From NCBI GenBank assembly GCA_964472905.1, contig CAYYMI010000001.1, positions 9,663-73,662 on the forward strand: 64,000 nucleotides of DNA, written 5' to 3'. Source of the DNA: an uncultured Hellea sp. GTDB taxonomy: Bacteria; Pseudomonadota; Alphaproteobacteria; Caulobacterales; Maricaulaceae. The notes under the pieces were generated by a model. The model saw only the letters and a list, made by a program, of their open reading frames with translations. It was not told where the DNA came from and did no database searches. A program made the position numbers and the translations under genes. Shown in pieces: positions 60,547-64,000 of the stretch. How positions within the stretch are numbered: the first letter of the stretch is position 1; each line of letters starts with the position of its first letter.

Positions 60547-62451
60547 CTACTGACTGACCCAGAATGGCGAAGACCAGGCTCGCTCTCCGTTGGACTGCTC
60601 CACGCGTAAATAATAGTAGTGATTTCCCAGAGGCGCGCTATCCTCAAAATCAAATTCAATGACGCCGGTTTCGGTTTTTATTTCAAAAATAGCTTCGCCG
60701 TCGCGAATGAGTGTCGCCTTTACGTCATCGACCTTTCCGATGATATAGCCTTTGAAATTCACCGCGCCATTACCGACGAGCTCGGATCCCATGGGCTGCC
60801 CATTGGCAGTGAGTTCCATATATATTCTGTCAAAACTCGTGCCATAGGTCTGATAGTCCCACAGGGCTTCCCATATGGCTTCACGGGTCAGGTCAGGGGC
60901 CAAGAAGCCCGCGAGCCCGTTGGGGTAAGGTCCCCACCAAGAATGTCCAGGTTTGGAATTATGATTATCGGAGGCTCCGATAACGCCAAAGCGTAATCCC
61001 TCGCTCAGGCCCCATTGCATATATTTTCGTTCATCTTTGCTGGTACGGCCGAGAGGACGTGGATTTCCAGGAAATTCCGAGGTGCCGTGAGATGAGTAAA
61101 CTTCGACAAAACGTGCAACGCGCGTATCCCAATGGCCAAAGGGGTAACGATCATCAGAGATAATACGATTATAAGCAAAATGATGCGGCGAAGTTTGAGC
61201 TAGGTTCTCACCTTGGTTATATTGTTTGATAAGCCAATCTTGAAACTCCTCATAGTCCTTATGCCACTTTGATATATGGTCAAGATTATCGCGGCGTAGA
61301 TATATGTTCATATGGTCATGCCCCGCACCGGCTTCCTGAGCCAAAAGAGTGACAAACTCACCCTCATTGTGATATTTACGAACAATTTGAATCAGGGGCG
61401 CCCAATCCACTGAGCCGTGATCCGTTAGAGCAAGGACGTCTAAATCAGCCACGTCACGGCCAAAGGTAAAATAATCATCTCTGTTTCGTCCAAGACCATC
61501 AGAAAAGCCCGTATGTCCATGAATATCGCCCCAATAAATTCTAAGCTCAGGCAAGGTTTTCATCACACGAAACGGATTACTGCGTCCGATGATTGAGCCG
61601 TCTGGTGTCGCAAACCGAAGTCTTTGTGGGCCTTCATCCTGGATTGAAATCGTCGCCTTACCAAGCCCCTCATTGAACATAAGAGCCTTAATGAGAATAT
61701 TACCTTTTTCGTCCGTCACACGGATGGGTTGAGAAAAAATCGTGTCAATATTATAAAATGCATCATTAGCAACGACGGTTAAATCAAACATTTCGCCGGG
61801 CAAGACCTGCGATGGGACTGTCCCAGTTATCTGGGTCGCGGGCGCGCTAACAATATCGAATTTCAAATCGTCCTGAACCCTAGCAAAAGTGTGGTTGCCA
61901 TCTAAATTCGAACTCACACGGATCTCGTGCTCTTGATCGGTATTTTTCTGAACAATTTGTTGTTTTTCCCCAGCGCCAAATGTGAATACGATTTGCCCAT
62001 TTGGCGGCAAGGCTGTGTTTTCGATAGTCGCTATATGTGTTCGGTTGAAAATCCTATCTGAAAATTTATTAGAGGATTGTCCAGGAAACATTAATCCGGG
62101 ACTGCCTTTGATCAGTAAAATCGTTTCATTTGTATCGGTTCTATGCGCACTCAAGAAATTCTTCCTCTCCGGGCTAGTCATCTGCGGTCTAAATTCTGAT
62201 CCATGGTGAAGTCCCAGAGAAACCTGGCCGCCAACCGGTAGTCCTGATGCCCCGGCAGTATACACGACATTGAACCGCGTGATCTCCCGCGAGACCAATT
62301 TGGTAATGTCGATTGCCGCGCAGCCTTCACCGTCCTCTCCAGTTGCTGAGTTGCAGGCGATGTCTGTTCCCTGATCAGCTGGTTCATTTGAACAGCTCGA
62401 TAAGAATGACAGCGCAGCAATTATGCAAAAGAGGCGAAAAATTGATTTCAT
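60547..62451 (-). CDS. Lipoprotein with PHP-like metallohydrolase domain (DUF3604 / CehA-McbA-like)
   Basis: Lipobox LSSC; YWGDIHGHTGFSDG, ALTDH, HMN, PHH, EVYSSHG, GVIGASDNH; C-terminal YYYLRVEQ--GERAWSSPFW. Confidence 0.8.
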   Translation of the reverse strand: MKSIFRLFCIIAALSFLSSCSNEPADQGTDIACNSATGEDGEGCAAIDITKLVSREITRFNVVYTAGASGLPVGGQVSLGLHHGSEFRPQMTSPERKNFLSAHRTDTNETILLIKGSPGLMFPGQSSNKFSDRIFNRTHIATIENTALPPNGQIVFTFGAGEKQQIVQKNTDQEHEIRVSSNLDGNHTFARVQDDLKFDIVSAPATQITGTVPSQVLPGEMFDLTVVANDAFYNIDTIFSQPIRVTDEKGNILIKALMFNEGLGKATISIQDEGPQRLRFATPDGSIIGRSNPFRVMKTLPELRIYWGDIHGHTGFSDGLGRNRDDYFTFGRDVADLDVLALTDHGSVDWAPLIQIVRKYHNEGEFVTLLAQEAGAGHDHMNIYLRRDNLDHISKWHKDYEEFQDWLIKQYNQGENLAQTSPHHFAYNRIISDDRYPFGHWDTRVARFVEVYSSHGTSEFPGNPRPLGRTSKDERKYMQWGLSEGLRFGVIGASDNHNSKPGHSWWGPYPNGLAGFLAPDLTREAIWEALWDYQTYGTSFDRIYMELTANGQPMGSELVGNGAVNFKGYIIGKVDDVKATLIRDGEAIFEIKTETGVIEFDFEDSAPLGNHYYYLRVEQSNGERAWSSPFWVSQ

Positions 62452-62477
62452 GACGGTTTTTATAAGCAAGGCTAGCG

Positions 62478-64000
62478 CTAATTCGGAATAGGGAGGAGCT
62501 GCTTTAACCCTTTTTCAGGATCAATCAAATAAAACTCATTAACGGATCGGTCCATCGGTAGCGGTATCGAGAAGCTAGATTCCTTCGTTGAAATTCTCAT
62601 CCGTTCGCCCTTAGCGTCCACATACATGCGATTAAGATTTCCGCCAGTATGGATGACCCAAATTCCCTTATCATTGCGCCCGGCACGCTCAACGGTAATG
62701 ATCTCGCCGAGTTCAAGCTCTTTTTCCTCGATGATAATGTCCTTAGAGATTTTGCTCCAGGATGACGGCTCCGCCATCGGGCCGGCGACTTCATATTTTG
62801 TCACTTGTTCAAAATAGCCTTGCTTTGCAGCCACAACACGATTGGGTTTAAAATCGTAAAATACACGCCTGGCATTAGATCTATGAACCTGCCGATAAAA
62901 ACTTTCACCTAGCTTTCCGTCTAATGCGGCGCCGATAATACTATCGATATTTTTTAATGACATGAAAGCTGGATTGACTTTGATCGGACCTTCGGCGCCA
63001 GCGCCTTTTACCAATAACAATGGTTGTGTATTACCAAAACAGTGAGGTAGTCTCTTTGTGTCTTTTTCCATATCAGAACCCCTGCGTGAGCAAATGCCGT
63101 GATCGCCATGTACGATGATTGTCGCCGAGTCGTAAACTCCTTTACTCTGCAATCCATCCAAAAAATCAAGTAGTGACAGAATTTGGCATCTGGATTGATT
63201 AATAATATTTTGCCGCCGTAAGTTTTCGCCTTTTTTAGGATCAGTGGCTATTCTAGGATCAGTGACTATCACGCCGCAGGTCTCTCCGGTCGTATAGGGA
63301 CCATGGGGTGAAATCAGGTGAATCCACTTATAACTTGGTTGGTCATTTCCAGTGCTTATTTTCTGCTCATAGCCTTTCATGAAACTCATGGCGCGATTGG
63401 CGCGCGGTAGATTTTCATTATTTTGCGATTTTAACTTTGAAAATTTCCATTGCCCGTTCTGGTAAATGCTGCGCTTGATCGACCAAGGCATGGCTTTGAC
63501 GAGGGATAGATCAAACAATTTCCCAGCGTGATTAAAACTTAAATTTGAATCAAATTTATCGGTTTCAATATAGGACCGATATAATTTTCGTGTCTTCATG
63601 GCACCACCGGGACCGGCGATAATATCAATATCATATCCGGCTGCATCGACCCGCTTGAACAAAGGCGACACATTTTCGGGTGCGCCAAATTCGGCCTTTT
63701 GCAGACCAATGGGCAATTGGTAATTTAGGATTAGTCCTTCGCCATCAAAAGCTCTCCCCGAAACAATCGACCCAATAGATAAAAAGGTAATATCGCTGGA
63801 TGCTAGGGTGTCCGGGAAAAACTCAAAGCCTGAAAACCGATTTCTTAGATCAAAATCATTTGTCAAAAAATTGGAAAAAATGTGACCTTCCATCCCGTCT
63901 AAAATGACGTGAACAATATTCTTTTCAGGAGAATAGGAATACAACAATGGAGGCATTGTATCGTCTGCACTAACGGTTTGCGTGTCGCCAGCTTGATAGG
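62478..64000 (-). CDS. Alkaline-phosphatase superfamily (sulfatase-like/LTA synthase-like) hydrolase or transferase; 5' end lies outside the window
   Basis: NIVHVILDG metal Asp, T-LS putative Thr nucleophile, HL-SPH-PY, HGDHG; frame stays open to the window end. Confidence 0.75.
   Translation of the reverse strand, partial: YQAGDTQTVSADDTMPPLLYSYSPEKNIVHVILDGMEGHIFSNFLTNDFDLRNRFSGFEFFPDTLASSDITFLSIGSIVSGRAFDGEGLILNYQLPIGLQKAEFGAPENVSPLFKRVDAAGYDIDIIAGPGGAMKTRKLYRSYIETDKFDSNLSFNHAGKLFDLSLVKAMPWSIKRSIYQNGQWKFSKLKSQNNENLPRANRAMSFMKGYEQKISTGNDQPSYKWIHLISPHGPYTTGETCGVIVTDPRIATDPKKGENLRRQNIINQSRCQILSLLDFLDGLQSKGVYDSATIIVHGDHGICSRRGSDMEKDTKRLPHCFGNTQPLLLVKGAGAEGPIKVNPAFMSLKNIDSIIGAALDGKLGESFYRQVHRSNARRVFYDFKPNRVVAAKQGYFEQVTKYEVAGPMAEPSSWSKISKDIIIEEKELELGEIITVERAGRNDKGIWVIHTGGNLNRMYVDAKGERMRISTKESSFSIPLPMDRSVNEFYLIDPEKGLKQLLPIPN

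Overview
Chromosomal segment of a marine alphaproteobacterium. Gene order, protein sequences and CtrA-like boxes suggest a Caulobacterales/Maricaulales-type lineage (inference only). From left to right: (1) 1-11.6 kb, a methylated-osmolyte catabolism cluster: DMSP demethylase dmdA (5'-truncated) convergent with mobA-dimethylglycine dehydrogenase-soxBDAG-homocysteine S-methyltransferase-BCCT transporter. (2) A 933-aa RTX protein and an APC permease. (3) The conserved nuoA-N-birA-coaX-rnj-mce-DUF1467-proS-lolC-lolD superoperon. (4) An envelope block: YcgN, class A PBP, LysM lipoprotein, a 429-aa head-rod-tail coiled-coil (crescentin/intermediate-filament-like) protein, BepA-like M48 protease and a DsbA/ScsC-like protein. 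(5) ProX, an uncalled 58-aa ORF, tRNA-Gly(GCC), class II DAHP synthase, gor, rpiA, glmU and gph. (6) A CI-like XRE regulator divergent from a 66-aa gene, with two copies of a palindromic operator between them. (7) tpiA, ppiD and trpEGDC. (8) A frameshifted tyrosine-integrase remnant at the edge of an accessory region encoding a DUF3604/PHP-like lipoprotein and an alkaline-phosphatase-superfamily protein that runs off the window. The most interesting candidates are the crescentin-like protein beside cell-wall genes, the XRE/small-protein switch, the DMSP/betaine demethylation cluster and the integrase scar. No database searches were run; all calls come from reading motifs and synteny.
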